Shown here: positions 38,038 through 49,906 of the stretch, piece by piece
How positions within the stretch are numbered: the first letter of the stretch is position 1
Layout of the letters: every line of letters starts with the position of its first letter
DNA from: an uncultured delta proteobacterium
GTDB lineage: Bacteria > Desulfobacterota > Binatia > Binatales > Binataceae
Assembly (NCBI GenBank): GCA_963815255.1
Contig: CAWFGH010000009.1
Coordinates: 63,467-127,466 of the forward strand
Direction: 5' to 3'
Length of the DNA: 64,000 nucleotides
The notes under the pieces: generated by a model
Told to the model about the DNA's origin: nothing
The model's database searches: none
What the model saw: only the letters and a program-made list of their open reading frames with translations
Made by a program: the position numbers and the translations under genes

Positions 38038-39588
38038 ATGAATCCGCGACCCGCAATTGAGCGCCTCGCCGGCGTGATGGTGCCGCTGTTTTCGTTGCGC
38101 ACGCGCAGCGACGCGGGAATCGGCGACATCGCCGCGCTCGACGCCATGACTGGCCTCGTATCGTCGATGGGCGATCGCGCGATCCTGCTCCTGCCAATCG
38201 ACGAAACCTCGCCCGGCGAGGCCAGTCCTTACAGCGCGCTCAGCGTGTTTGCGATCGATCCGATATATATCGGACTCGACGGACTCGCGGGCGTCATTCC
38301 TGGCGACGTGGAGCGGGTGCGCCGCGAACTCGCGCACGTGCCACTCAGCGATCGCTTGACGATCCGCGCCGCGCGGCTCGAATTGCTCGAGGCCGCGTTT
38401 CGCCATTTCACGGCGCGCGGCGACGAGCGCGCGGTTGTCACGGACTTCGCCGCGCGCCATCGCGGATGGCTCGACGATTATGCGCTCTTTCGCGCGCTGA
38501 AGGATCGCTTCGATCTCGCGCCATGGGAGGACTGGCCCGACGAGCTGCGCCGGCGCGAAACCGCTGCGCTCGATCGCGCGAAAGCCGAACTCGCGCCGGC
38601 GATCGACAAGTACATGTATTGGCAATTCCTGGCGCATCGCCAATGGACGGAAGTTCACGCCCACGCGCGTGCGCGCGGCGTGATGCTCGGCGGTGACCTG
38701 GCGTTTTCGCCGGCGCACGACAGCGCCGAAGTATGGGCCAACCAGGAATTGTTCGATTTCAATCGCACTGTGGGTGCGCCGCCCGACGCCTTCAATCCGG
38801 AGGGGCAGAAATGGGGTCTGCCCTCGCCGCGATGGGATCGGATTCGCGCGGACGGATTCGCGTTGCTGAGAAAACGGATCCGTCACGCACGCGAGCTTTA
38901 CGATTTCATCCGGATCGATCATGTGGTCGGGCTCTACCGGACCTTTTCATTCGGCCTGGTGCCCGGGGCCAAAGGCGGGTTCTCGCCGGCGGCGGAGCCT
39001 GAGCAGCGCGCGCTGGGCGAAGCGGTGCTCGGCGCGATACTCGAGGAGGCGGGCACGACGATCGTGGTTGCCGAGGACCTTGGCGTGATACCGCCCTTCG
39101 TCCGGGCCTCGCTGAGCGCGCTCGGCGTGCCGGGTTACAAAGTGATGCGCTGGGAGAAAATCAACGACGGCACACCTGCCGAGGCGTTCGTCTCGCCTGC
39201 GGATTATCCCGAAATCTCGCTCGCCACGACCAGCACCCATGACACCGATACGCTGGCCGAATGGTGGGACACCGCGCCGGCGGACGAACGCGCGCGCATG
39301 CTCGCGCTGCTGATGCCTGCACCGCGGCGACACGCAATGCGCGCATCAGGTTTCGAGCAGATGCGCGACGCGATGCTGGCGGCGCTGTATGCGTCGCCGT
39401 CGCGGATGGTGATCATCCCGATGCAGGATCTTTTTGGATGGCGCGAGCGGATAAACCTCCCCGGCACCGTCGGACCCGCGAACTGGTCGTGGCGGTTGCC
39501 GCATGCGATCGAAGACATCGGCCACGACCCCGCGTCGTCGGCGCGGGTCGCCCAATTGCGTGCGATGGCCATCCAGGCCGGCAGATAA
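38038..39588 (+). CDS. malQ: 4-alpha-glucanotransferase (amylomaltase, GH77)
   Basis: VMVPLFSLRTRSDAGIGD N-terminus, with IDHVVGLYR, GAPPDAFNPEGQKWGLP and ATTSTHDTDTL catalytic-region motifs. Confidence 0.88.
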   Translation: MNPRPAIERLAGVMVPLFSLRTRSDAGIGDIAALDAMTGLVSSMGDRAILLLPIDETSPGEASPYSALSVFAIDPIYIGLDGLAGVIPGDVERVRRELAHVPLSDRLTIRAARLELLEAAFRHFTARGDERAVVTDFAARHRGWLDDYALFRALKDRFDLAPWEDWPDELRRRETAALDRAKAELAPAIDKYMYWQFLAHRQWTEVHAHARARGVMLGGDLAFSPAHDSAEVWANQELFDFNRTVGAPPDAFNPEGQKWGLPSPRWDRIRADGFALLRKRIRHARELYDFIRIDHVVGLYRTFSFGLVPGAKGGFSPAAEPEQRALGEAVLGAILEEAGTTIVVAEDLGVIPPFVRASLSALGVPGYKVMRWEKINDGTPAEAFVSPADYPEISLATTSTHDTDTLAEWWDTAPADERARMLALLMPAPRRHAMRASGFEQMRDAMLAALYASPSRMVIIPMQDLFGWRERINLPGTVGPANWSWRLPHAIEDIGHDPASSARVAQLRAMAIQAGR

Positions 39589-39719
39589 GCCGCTCCAAAC
39601 CATCTTACGTCGTGCCGCAGCGCCTGATTGCGTCTCTTGCCCGTGTAACGTAATGATCTTCCGGACTGGCCGCTCAAGGCCGACCTGGGTCTGCGTGGCC
39701 CGGGCGAATCGGCAAACGC

Positions 39720-41105
39720 GTGGAATCGCGAAGGGGGAATCGAGCCGTCGTATCGACTGATCACAGGATCTCCACACCCGTGACATCCGAGCGCAGCCTG
39801 CTGCTTCGCGCGGCGATGCTGGTACCGTTGTGGACGGCGGTTGTAATCGGCCTGGTGGTACTGATCGCCGCGCTGCCCAGCCGCGCCCGAAAATGGGACT
39901 ACAGCATCTATTACAGTTCGGCGCTGGCGATGCGTCAGGGGATGAATCCCTACACCACTGACCTGACGCCGCTTGCGCGCTCGCTCGGGTTCGAGCTGGA
40001 CAAGATCAATCACGCGACCGATCCGCCGACCTTCGTGATGTGCTTCGTGCCGGTGACGCTGCTGGCGCCGCGGCCCGGATTTTATGTCTGGACCGCGCTC
40101 AACGGGTTCTCGTTTTTGCTCGCGTTATTTCTGCTTTTTTGCTGGACTCCGGGTCTCGATCGCGATGTCGCCCTGGCGATCGCCGCTCTGACGATCCTTT
40201 TTCCGCCGGTGATCGATCACCTGGTCTGGGGCCAGAACAAAATGCTGGTCCTTCTGATGTTCGTGCTGATGCTGCGATGGATGGAGCGCGGAAAGGACGC
40301 ATCGGCCGGACTGATCCTGGCCTTCGCAAGCCTGCTACGCGTTTTTCCGCTGCTGATGGTTGGCTATCTGATCCTGATGAAGCGATGGCGCGTTCTTGCG
40401 TACACGATGGTCGGGCTGATCGCCGGAGGGCTGGTGACCGTTGCGCTGGTGGGAGTAGGCCACTCCATCAGCTTTCTCCTTGCTTCCGGCTATCTGACCC
40501 AGCAATGGGCGCAGGCGTTGCCGGGCAATATAGCAATCCCAACGACGGTGTCGCGGATGTTCTGGTATTTCTTCGGCGTTCATCTCGGAGTGACGCTCGA
40601 TTGGGCGAGAAGAGCCGCCTCGTGGGCGGCCGAACTGGCGCTCCTTGGCTTGACCGTCAAAGCTACAGTCGCGAGACCTTCGCGTGACGATCCTGACGGC
40701 CGCTTGTTCAGCCTGTGGATCATGACCGCTATCCTCGTCTCGCCGACTTCATGGTTTTACTACCTGGTACTCCTCACGATTCCGATGGTGAAGCTGAGCG
40801 CGGCCGCGGCCAACAACCGGACCAGCGCGCGCGCGCTGTGGGCCGGAGTCGCGTGCTACACCCTCGCATGGCTCTATTTCACCCTGGTCGACATGCATTC
40901 GCCCGAACTCGCGTTGCATCCGGACGCCCTGGTGTGGCGGGTCGGCGCTTCGCCGGTGGGGCTGCTCGCCTATCTCTCGCTCTATTGGTTCGCTGTCGAT
41001 CCCGCTGCGGTTCAGCAGCTGTCGCAGTCGACGGCCTCGCAAGCGGCGGATTCAGGTTCGGCGGATTCGATCGACGAGGTACAACCGGCTCGCACTGCGG
41101 TCTGA
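39720..41105 (+). CDS. Polytopic membrane glycosyltransferase, GT87/DUF2029 family (polyprenyl-phospho-sugar dependent)
   Basis: About 12 TM helices with a conserved N-terminal loop (YYSSALAMRQGMNPY). It is a paralogue of the 44056-45417 product. The start may be the internal Met at 39816. Confidence 0.6.
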   Translation: MESRRGNRAVVSTDHRISTPVTSERSLLLRAAMLVPLWTAVVIGLVVLIAALPSRARKWDYSIYYSSALAMRQGMNPYTTDLTPLARSLGFELDKINHATDPPTFVMCFVPVTLLAPRPGFYVWTALNGFSFLLALFLLFCWTPGLDRDVALAIAALTILFPPVIDHLVWGQNKMLVLLMFVLMLRWMERGKDASAGLILAFASLLRVFPLLMVGYLILMKRWRVLAYTMVGLIAGGLVTVALVGVGHSISFLLASGYLTQQWAQALPGNIAIPTTVSRMFWYFFGVHLGVTLDWARRAASWAAELALLGLTVKATVARPSRDDPDGRLFSLWIMTAILVSPTSWFYYLVLLTIPMVKLSAAAANNRTSARALWAGVACYTLAWLYFTLVDMHSPELALHPDALVWRVGASPVGLLAYLSLYWFAVDPAAVQQLSQSTASQAADSGSADSIDEVQPARTAV

Positions 41106-41307
41106 CGATCGTCCGATCGTAAACGGACTCGACCGCCCGCTGCTGGATCGCATTGCGAGCCAGTTGATGGCATGTTAACCGGAATCGTTTGCAACTAAAT
41201 CAAGGCTGGACGGACAGCCGGAACTTTCGACCGGCGTCGGCATAGCAAGACTAAGCCGCCGCGCGAGGGCGCGGCGGCCGGAGGCGAGCGGAACACGCAC
41301 AGGTAAT

Positions 41308-42801
41308 ATGGAGGCGCTACAGCAGAATTCAGTGGTTGAGACCGATGGTGCGGCGCCGCGCGCGACCAACGGGGAAGCATTGGCGGCCGCGCGTTATCGC
41401 GCGGAGCGCATCAGGTTCTGGAACGGTTACGTCCGCAAACCGGCCAGTGCCGCCTACTATCGGCGGCTTGCGGAGGTTTACCGTTACCTCGTGCCGGCGG
41501 GGAGCCGGGTACTGGAACTCGGCTGTGGCACCGGTGATCTGCTCGCGGCGCTCGAGCCCTCGATGGGCGTCGGCGTCGATTTTGCGCCGGAGATGCTCAA
41601 GCGGGCCGCGCGAAACCATCCGCAACTCCGCTTCGTGCAGGGCGACATCGATCAGCTCAGCCTGAATACCAGGTTTGACTACATCATCCTTTCTGACCTG
41701 ATTAACGATCTTTGGGATGTGCAAACGACGATCGAGCGGGTCGCGTCGGTATGCACGCCGGCGACTCGCGTGATCATCAACACTTACAGCCGGATGTGGG
41801 AGCTGCCGCTCAGGATGGCCGGGCGTATGAACCTGGCCAATTCGGCCTTGAACCAGAACTGGCTGACGCTGGCGGATCTCGACAACATGCTGGCGCTTGG
41901 CGGCTTCGAGGTCGTTCGCCAGTGGCAGGAGGTGCTCCTGCCGCTCGCGCTGCCGCTGCTTGCGCCGCTTTTCAATCGCTACGTGGTGAAACTCTGGCCC
42001 TTTCGGCATCTGGCGCTCACCAATTTCATCGTCGCCCGCCTCGCACCGGAAGCCGCGACCGAGGCGCGCGGCCCCGAGCCCGAGCCGGTGGTAAGCGTGA
42101 TCGTCCCGGCCCGCAATGAGGCCGGCAATATCGAGAACGTGGTGCAGCGCGTGCCCGAGATGGGCGCCGGCACCGAGATCGTTTTTGTCGAAGGCCATTC
42201 GCGCGACGACACTTACGCAGCGATCGAAGCGGCAATCGCGCGCCATCCGGAGCGCCGCATGCAACTGTTGCGGCAAAGCGGCGCGGGCAAGGGCGACGCG
42301 GTACGCCTGGGTTTTGCAGAGGCCAGGGGCGGGGTGCTGATGATCCTCGACGCGGACCTGACGGTTGCGCCCGAGGATTTGCCGCGCTTTTATCGCGCCC
42401 TGCGTTCGGGCCGCGGCGAATTCATCAACGGCGTCCGCTTCGTCTACCCGATGGAGAAGCAGGCGATGCGCTTTCTGAATTTCCTCGGGAACAAGTTTTT
42501 CAGCCTCGGCTTCTCCTGGCTGCTCGGCCAGAACGTCAAGGACACACTATGCGGGACCAAGGTGCTGAGCCGGGCCGACTACGATACGATCGCCGCCAAT
42601 CGCGCCTACTTCGGCGACTTCGATCCGTTCGGCGACTTCGACCTCATCTTCGGCGCGGCCAAGCTTGACCTCAAGATCGTCGATATGCCGGTGCGCTATC
42701 ATGATCGAACTTACGGCCAGACCAATATCCAGCGCTGGCGGCATGGGCTTTTGCTGCTGCGGATGTTCGGTTTCGCGCTGAGGCGGTTGAAATTCGTATG
42801 A
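41308..42801 (+). CDS. Bifunctional class I SAM methyltransferase / GT2 polyprenyl-phosphate glycosyltransferase (DPM1-like)
   Basis: The N-terminus has VLELGCGTGDLL (SAM motif I). The C-terminus has VSVIVPARNEAGNI...ILDADLT (DxD) and is DPM/GtrB-like. Confidence 0.75.
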   Translation: MEALQQNSVVETDGAAPRATNGEALAAARYRAERIRFWNGYVRKPASAAYYRRLAEVYRYLVPAGSRVLELGCGTGDLLAALEPSMGVGVDFAPEMLKRAARNHPQLRFVQGDIDQLSLNTRFDYIILSDLINDLWDVQTTIERVASVCTPATRVIINTYSRMWELPLRMAGRMNLANSALNQNWLTLADLDNMLALGGFEVVRQWQEVLLPLALPLLAPLFNRYVVKLWPFRHLALTNFIVARLAPEAATEARGPEPEPVVSVIVPARNEAGNIENVVQRVPEMGAGTEIVFVEGHSRDDTYAAIEAAIARHPERRMQLLRQSGAGKGDAVRLGFAEARGGVLMILDADLTVAPEDLPRFYRALRSGRGEFINGVRFVYPMEKQAMRFLNFLGNKFFSLGFSWLLGQNVKDTLCGTKVLSRADYDTIAANRAYFGDFDPFGDFDLIFGAAKLDLKIVDMPVRYHDRTYGQTNIQRWRHGLLLLRMFGFALRRLKFV

Positions 42802-42946
42802 GAATTTATGCGTGGCCGGACCCTTCAGGCCCGGGCCGCATTCCTATAAAAGATTTATATCGGCTAGCGAATTTACCGGGCGCCTGACCTTGACCGGCGG
42901 GCGTCGAAGCCGGTTCGGAGTTGGCGACAATGCGGGAGGGCGGTAA

Positions 42947-43939
<993 letters not shown>

Positions 43940-44055
43940 GGGTTCCATCGGGGTGGCCCCGTCCGGGAGGACGCGCGGCGCTTGATCGATCGCTCGAGAT
44001 TGACTGATCGCTCGGCCTGAGTGCGTGGCGGCGGTGTGTCCACGCGAGGTGGGGA

Positions 44056-45417
44056 ATGGGGGGAGAGTCGATGAGCGTCGCAGAGCCACACGCGGAGCCC
44101 GCGAAGGACTACCCGCGTGCAGACTACCCGCGTCCTATAACGCCTAAGGCCAGTGCCGCGCATCGGCCGCCTCTCTCCATCGATGGAATCCTCGCGATCC
44201 TGCGCCATCCCCTGATGGTGGTATTTCTCTCTCTGGCCGCGCTGATCCAGGTCTACAGAGTGTATTCGGCACTACCCGGTCGAATTCACGAGGAAGACTT
44301 CGCCGACTACTACGCCGCCGCAACGATCATGCGGCAGGGGCAGAATCCTTATCACACCTCTCTGGTACCGGTCGGCGCACAGCTTGGATTACATACCAAA
44401 ACCTTCAAGCACGATGAGATCATACCGGAGACGCCCGCCTTTTTACTCTGTCTGAAAACGCTGGGAGCGTTGCCGCTTACCCGCGCTTACTGGACCTGGA
44501 TCGCGATTAATTTTGCGGCGCTGCTAGCGTCCTTCTACCTGTTGTTGGGCCCTGGAACTGGCATCCGGCCAGTGGATGCCTGCGTGATGATCGCTCTGGC
44601 CCTGATCTATCCACCGCTCATCGATCTCTTCCTGACCGCGCAGAGCCAGGTGCTCGTGATACTGGGGCTGGCGTTGAGTGTCCGATGGCTTGCGAGAGGA
44701 CGCGACGGACTCGCCGGCCTGATGCTGGCGGCGTTGACCCTTCTGCGCGGCTATCCGGCTCTGATGGGTCTTTACCTGTTGCTCACGCGCAGGTGGCGCG
44801 CGCTCGCTTTCGTGGCCATGGGTGGTGCGATTGGACTTGTAGTGTGTGCGGCCCTGATGGGATGGCACGCTCTTATCGATTTTCCGCTGGGTCTTGCGGC
44901 GGCCGGCGGAGATCGCGAACTGTACAAATTGGGCTGGAACACCGCGCCCGCATCGCTTCTTTGGCGCCTGTGCCTATATCTCAACGGATGGCATCTCGGA
45001 CCCGCCGGCGATCGCTTCGGCCGCGCTTTGGGCTACGGCGCTTCCCTGGCTTTTATGGCGTTCACCTTGAAGGCCACGCTCAAGCGCGGCGCTGGTCCCG
45101 ATCGCGATTGGCGCCTGTTCGCTCTATGGGTAGTTACGTCGATCGAGGTTCTGCCCGTCTCATGGTTGAACTACAATACTCTGTTGTTCGTTCCGTTCGC
45201 TTTGATCGCTTCGGCGGGGGCGCGCAACCGGGTCAGTGAGCGCGCGATATGGGCTGCGATGCTGAGCTACTTTCTGAGCGTGTTTGCATTCGGCGGCTTG
45301 CTCTTACTCGATCCGCGGCTTCCGATCGTGTTCGTGGTATTGGTGGGAGAGAGCAAGACAGTTGCGGTGATGACGGGTTACCTGTCAGCGTACTGGTTCG
45401 CCGTCGACGAGACTTGA
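44056..45417 (+). CDS. Polytopic membrane glycosyltransferase, GT87/DUF2029 family (paralogue of 39720-41105)
   Basis: Same architecture and conserved loop (YYAAATIMRQGQNPY) as the upstream paralogue. Confidence 0.6.
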   Translation: MGGESMSVAEPHAEPAKDYPRADYPRPITPKASAAHRPPLSIDGILAILRHPLMVVFLSLAALIQVYRVYSALPGRIHEEDFADYYAAATIMRQGQNPYHTSLVPVGAQLGLHTKTFKHDEIIPETPAFLLCLKTLGALPLTRAYWTWIAINFAALLASFYLLLGPGTGIRPVDACVMIALALIYPPLIDLFLTAQSQVLVILGLALSVRWLARGRDGLAGLMLAALTLLRGYPALMGLYLLLTRRWRALAFVAMGGAIGLVVCAALMGWHALIDFPLGLAAAGGDRELYKLGWNTAPASLLWRLCLYLNGWHLGPAGDRFGRALGYGASLAFMAFTLKATLKRGAGPDRDWRLFALWVVTSIEVLPVSWLNYNTLLFVPFALIASAGARNRVSERAIWAAMLSYFLSVFAFGGLLLLDPRLPIVFVVLVGESKTVAVMTGYLSAYWFAVDET

Positions 45418-45456
45418 ATCATTAGTCATTACACGAACACCGCTGGTACATCCCTT

Positions 45457-46530
45457 GTGGCCGCGGGCGCGCTGGTCTTCTGGGCATTCATCACGCTCGG
45501 CACCTCTGGCTGCGGCGCGGCGCCGCCGCAGGCCGCGATGAATCAGTTTGGCAACCGGGTCGAGGCCGGCCGCGCCACCACCACGCCCGCCTTTGCCCAT
45601 CCCTCGTCCATTCGCGGAGGCATCCACGCTCCATACGCGATCGCGGCCGGCGCCGGCGGTGTCTGGTTCACCGAGTACAGCGCTCCGATGCTGGGGTTGA
45701 TGGAGCTCAGCGGCACGTTCAAGCAAGTGGAACTGGACCAGGACGGCTTTCCTGAGCGTCTGACTATCGCGCGCGACGGTGCAGTGTGGTTCACCGATCC
45801 CCAGGGCGGCCGTATCGGACGCATCTTTCCCGACAACAGCAAGGCGGACTACTACTTCGTGCCGACGCCCAGGAGCGGGCCCGCCGGTATCGCGGCCGCT
45901 CGCGACGGCTCCATCTGGTTCACCGAGCACGCCGCCGACCAGATCGCGATCTTCGTTCCGCCCGGGGCCGACCGTTCCTCTCCCGGGAATCACGGCTTCA
46001 TGGAGTTTCCGCTGCCGCTGGGCGGTGGGCCGGCAGGGATCGTCGCCGCCGCCGACGGCAGCCTGTGGTTCGCCGAAAACTCAGGCAATCGGATCGGCCG
46101 AATCACACTGGCGCAAAACGCCGACCAGCCCGTGATAACCGAATACACGCTGCCGGTCCCGCATAGCCATCCCAACGGCGTCGCGGTGGGCGGCGACGGC
46201 GATGTCTATTTCACCGAGCTCGCGGCCAGCCGGATCGGCAGGATCACGCCGCAGGGGCAAATGTCCGAGTTGGTGTTGCCGGTCAATGGCCCCGCGCTCG
46301 ACATCGTCGCCGGCGGCGAGGGAACTATCTGGATCACCGTGCCCAAGTCGCATGCGATCTGCCGTCTTCGTCCCGGCGCTCCGATAACCGCCTTCTTTCT
46401 GCCCGAAACCGCCATCCCCGCTTTCATCACCAGCGGCGCCGACGGCAATCTCTACTTCACCGAGCCCACGGGAAAGATCGCGCGCTTCACGCCGGTCGGC
46501 GTGATGACCGAGGTCGAGCTGGCCGACTAG
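45457..46530 (+). CDS. Secreted/lipoprotein beta-propeller protein of the Vgb (virginiamycin B lyase)-like family
   Basis: Signal peptide ending LGTSGC; repeated blades containing G-x-(V/I)WFTE (VWFTEY, VWFTDP, IWFTEH, LWFAEN, VYFTEL, LYFTEP). Confidence 0.55.
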   Translation: MAAGALVFWAFITLGTSGCGAAPPQAAMNQFGNRVEAGRATTTPAFAHPSSIRGGIHAPYAIAAGAGGVWFTEYSAPMLGLMELSGTFKQVELDQDGFPERLTIARDGAVWFTDPQGGRIGRIFPDNSKADYYFVPTPRSGPAGIAAARDGSIWFTEHAADQIAIFVPPGADRSSPGNHGFMEFPLPLGGGPAGIVAAADGSLWFAENSGNRIGRITLAQNADQPVITEYTLPVPHSHPNGVAVGGDGDVYFTELAASRIGRITPQGQMSELVLPVNGPALDIVAGGEGTIWITVPKSHAICRLRPGAPITAFFLPETAIPAFITSGADGNLYFTEPTGKIARFTPVGVMTEVELAD

Positions 46531-46679
46531 AAGCTATTCCCGCGGGCTGCTGGAGGCCCGAAACCATCCTGAGGCCATCGCTCTGGCACTTCACCGCGCG
46601 GCGCGCGGGACTGTTCCGACAACGAAGATTTGCGCTATAAGCGGATTCAGTTTTCTGAAAATAAAATCGAGGCATAGCG

Positions 46680-47579
46680 ATGGGCAAGCTCGACGGTAAA
46701 GTTGCAGCCGTAACCGGCGGTGGACGCGGAATCGGCCGCGGGGTGGCGCGGACGCTGGCCGCTCAGGGCGCGGCCGTGGTCGTAAACGATCTCGGCGTGA
46801 GCCTCGCGGGACAGAAGGAAACCGTCTCGCCGGCCGACGACGTGGTCAAGGAGATCGTGGCGGCGGGCGGCCGGGCGGTTTCCAATCACATGGATATCGC
46901 GACCGTGGCGGGCGGCGAAGGGCTGGTCAACCAGGCGATCAAGGAGTTCGGCCAGCTCGACATCCTGGTCAACGTCGCAGGCATCCTGCGCGACCGGATG
47001 ATCTTCAACATGAGCGAGCAGGAGTGGGACGACGTCATCCGCGTTCATCTCAAGGGCCACTATTGCACGATTCGCCCGGCGAGCGCCCATATGCGCGAGC
47101 GCAAGAGCGGCCGCATCATCAACTTTTCGTCGAACTCCGCACTCGGCAGCCCGGGCCAGCCCAACTACGCCGCGGCCAAGGCCGGAATCCTGGGACTCAC
47201 CTATAGCTGCGCGGCCTCGCTGCAGAAGTACGGCATTACCGTCAACGCGATCATGCCCGGCGCGGCGACCCGGATGACGGACTCGATTCCGGCGGGCCGG
47301 ATGCCCGGGGTCAGCGGTCTCGCGGTGAGCGAGAGCGCCGAGGGTACGCCGCGCGATCCAGCCAACGTCGCGCCGATAATCGTCTATCTCGCCAGCGACC
47401 AGGCGGCCGACGTGACGGGGCAGTGCTTCGGCGCGTCGGGCTACCGGATCACGCGCTACACGCACATGAAGATGGACCGCGCGATCTTCAGCGTCGGCCC
47501 TTGGGACATCGACAAGCTGTTCGAGGTTTTCAAGTCGACCCTCGGACAAGGCCTCGAAGCGGTGAACATGTTCGCCTGA
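46680..47579 (+). CDS. Short-chain dehydrogenase/reductase family oxidoreductase
   Basis: TGGGRGIGRG motif, NVAG, and catalytic YxxxK (YAAAKAG). Confidence 0.8.
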   Translation: MGKLDGKVAAVTGGGRGIGRGVARTLAAQGAAVVVNDLGVSLAGQKETVSPADDVVKEIVAAGGRAVSNHMDIATVAGGEGLVNQAIKEFGQLDILVNVAGILRDRMIFNMSEQEWDDVIRVHLKGHYCTIRPASAHMRERKSGRIINFSSNSALGSPGQPNYAAAKAGILGLTYSCAASLQKYGITVNAIMPGAATRMTDSIPAGRMPGVSGLAVSESAEGTPRDPANVAPIIVYLASDQAADVTGQCFGASGYRITRYTHMKMDRAIFSVGPWDIDKLFEVFKSTLGQGLEAVNMFA

Positions 47580-47678
47580 CGGCGAAGCGGCGCGTTTCGG
47601 GTGCGAGACAGCCGTAAGGTCTACATCGCTCGCGCGTCGCCGCCGTGTCAGTCTGGTCTGTGCTAGTCTCGGCCCGGT

Positions 47679-48566
47679 ATGCCGCCGCGGCCGCAATTCC
47701 TGGTCGGCACCGCCTCGTGGACCGATCCGACGCTGGTTAAGTCGGACGTCTTCTATCCGCGCGCACTCAAGACCGCCGAGGATCGTCTGCGCTTTTACGC
47801 CGAGCAATTCAACACGGTTGAGGTTGACGCCACCTATTACGCGCTGGTTTCCGAACGCAACGCCGAGCTATGGGCCGAACGCACGCCGCCCGGCTTCGTT
47901 TTCAACATCAAAGCTTTCGCGATGCTGACCCAGCATCCGGTCGACGCGACCCGGCTGCCGGCCGCGGTGAAGACGATGCTGCCGGTCGATCAGCGCGCGG
48001 CGGCGCGCCTGCGTCATCCGCCGCGCGAGGTGTTGGAGATGGCGTTCGGGATGTTCTGGAGCGCGCTTGAGCCGCTCCGCGCTGCCGGCAAGCTCGGCCA
48101 TCTGCTTTTTCAGTTTCCGCCGTACTTCACCGCGCGCCCCTCCAACCTCGACTATATCGCCGAGCTGAAGCAGCGGATGCCGGGTGCGGCGATCGCGATC
48201 GAGTTTCGCCACAATAGCTGGCTGTTGGGCGCGCAGCGGGCCGAGACGATGCGCTTTCTTGAACGCCACGGACTTACCTTCGTCTCGATCGACACGCCGC
48301 CCGCAACCGTCGAGTCGGTATTCGCGGTCACCGGTTCCGAGGCCTACGTGCGCTTCCATGGCCGCGGCCGCGAGAACTGGTACAAGCGCGATGGCGGCGC
48401 CGCCGAACGTTTCAAGTATCTCTATGCGGAAGCCGAACTGGCACCGTGGGCCGAGCGGTTGAAGTCGCTTACCGGGGTGCGCCGCGCGAGCGTCATCTTC
48501 AATAACTGCTATAGCAATTTCGGCGTGATGAACGCCGCCACGATGGCGCAGATGCTCAAACACTGA
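47679..48566 (+). CDS. DUF72 (YecE-like) family protein
   Basis: FLVGTASWTD...FYP...LRFYAEQFNTVEVDATYY is the conserved DUF72 N-terminus. Confidence 0.7.
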   Translation: MPPRPQFLVGTASWTDPTLVKSDVFYPRALKTAEDRLRFYAEQFNTVEVDATYYALVSERNAELWAERTPPGFVFNIKAFAMLTQHPVDATRLPAAVKTMLPVDQRAAARLRHPPREVLEMAFGMFWSALEPLRAAGKLGHLLFQFPPYFTARPSNLDYIAELKQRMPGAAIAIEFRHNSWLLGAQRAETMRFLERHGLTFVSIDTPPATVESVFAVTGSEAYVRFHGRGRENWYKRDGGAAERFKYLYAEAELAPWAERLKSLTGVRRASVIFNNCYSNFGVMNAATMAQMLKH

Positions 48567-48626
48567 TCGCGCCCGCGCAGGACCGCGGGACAAATTCGAC
48601 GGGACAAACAAACGGGACAATCAAAA

Positions 48627-49325
48627 ATGAAGGCCACGCTCTACCAGTTCGCAACCAGCCCGTTCTGCTCCAAGGTGCGCAAGATTCTCGACTACAAGGG
48701 CCTCGACTACCAGGTCGTCGAGGTCGACTACGTCGAGCGCAAGGAATTGATCGCGGCCTCGGGCCAGATCATGGTCCCGGCACTGAGGCTCGAGCAGGTC
48801 CAGAGCGAGGGCGACGGCGAGAGTAACGAGACAGTCGTCGACTCCGACCGTATCGCGATGCGACTGGAGGAGCTGTGTCCCGAGCCGACGATTCTGCCTG
48901 CGCGGAGCCGCGGCCTGCACCTCGCGCTCACGCGGCATATCGACAGCCAGGTCGAGGAGGCGCTGTTTTTTGCCGCGCTGCCCGACGAAGAGAAATACTT
49001 CGCGCGCCAGGGCGCCGACCGCCTCGCGATGTTTCGCTTCATTCGCGACCGCAAGTACGGCGCGGGATTCTGCGATCGGATGGAGCGCGAGCACGAAGCC
49101 AACATGGTCCGCGTGCGCGAGGTGCTGGAGCCGTTCGAGATGGCGCTCGAGCACGGCGCGTTTTTGCTCGGTGGTCCCGGGCTGGCCGACTTCGCGTTGT
49201 ATGGGCAGTTACATTTCCTCGCGCTGACGGGCGTGCTCAAAATTCCGCACGAGCTGCCGCGACTGCGTGAGTTCTATGGCCGCGTCGATCGCATCACGGC
49301 GTCACTGGAGGATGCAGGGACTTAG
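48627..49325 (+). CDS. Glutathione S-transferase-like protein (thioredoxin-fold N-domain)
   Basis: MKATLYQFATSPFCSKVRKILDYKGLDYQVVEVD is a GST/Grx2-like N-terminal domain. Confidence 0.6.
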   Translation: MKATLYQFATSPFCSKVRKILDYKGLDYQVVEVDYVERKELIAASGQIMVPALRLEQVQSEGDGESNETVVDSDRIAMRLEELCPEPTILPARSRGLHLALTRHIDSQVEEALFFAALPDEEKYFARQGADRLAMFRFIRDRKYGAGFCDRMEREHEANMVRVREVLEPFEMALEHGAFLLGGPGLADFALYGQLHFLALTGVLKIPHELPRLREFYGRVDRITASLEDAGT

Positions 49326-49765
49326 GCGATTTCGATCACGGCCGCGTGCAGAAAACGGCTGAACAGCGCGCCGGTGGAGTCCAGCGCAACGTCATAGAGC
49401 GACGGCCCGCGGTTCGGCACGAACATCTGATGGCCTTCGTCGGCCAGCGCGTAGAGCACGCATAGTCCAAAGGCGAGGTAGGGGCGCGCGCGCATCGGCC
49501 CGCTCACCAGCAACCAGAACAGGATCGCGTAGTTGGTGAAGTGCGCCGCCTTGCGCACGAAGGCGTGGCAGAGCGCGATCGTCGCCGCCGACGCTCCCGG
49601 CATCAGGAAGCGCAGCATCGGGTCGATGAATTTCGAAGTGTTTTCAGCCGAGAAATATGAAGTCGAAAAGCTGAAGATAACGATCGCCCACACCAGCACG
49701 GGCATCCATTTGCTCAATGATCGTTCAGTCGATTCACGCGAGTTTACCGCGACCGCGTCGCTCAT
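49322..49765 (-). CDS. VanZ-family membrane protein
   Basis: About 147 aa with 4 TM helices and a conserved C-terminal ALADEGHQMFVPNRGPSLYDVALDSTGA. Confidence 0.6.
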   Translation of the reverse strand: MSDAVAVNSRESTERSLSKWMPVLVWAIVIFSFSTSYFSAENTSKFIDPMLRFLMPGASAATIALCHAFVRKAAHFTNYAILFWLLVSGPMRARPYLAFGLCVLYALADEGHQMFVPNRGPSLYDVALDSTGALFSRFLHAAVIEIA

Positions 49766-49906
49766 GCCTGGGTTCCTGTCATGATTTGATTCATCCGATC
49801 GCGCACTGTTTCGTTGCACCAGCACTCAAGGTTAGCATGGGGCTAAGGACGGTCAAACTGAAAGGTCCGTAGAGGATGGTCACGATTCAACCGAAGGAAT
49901 GAATTT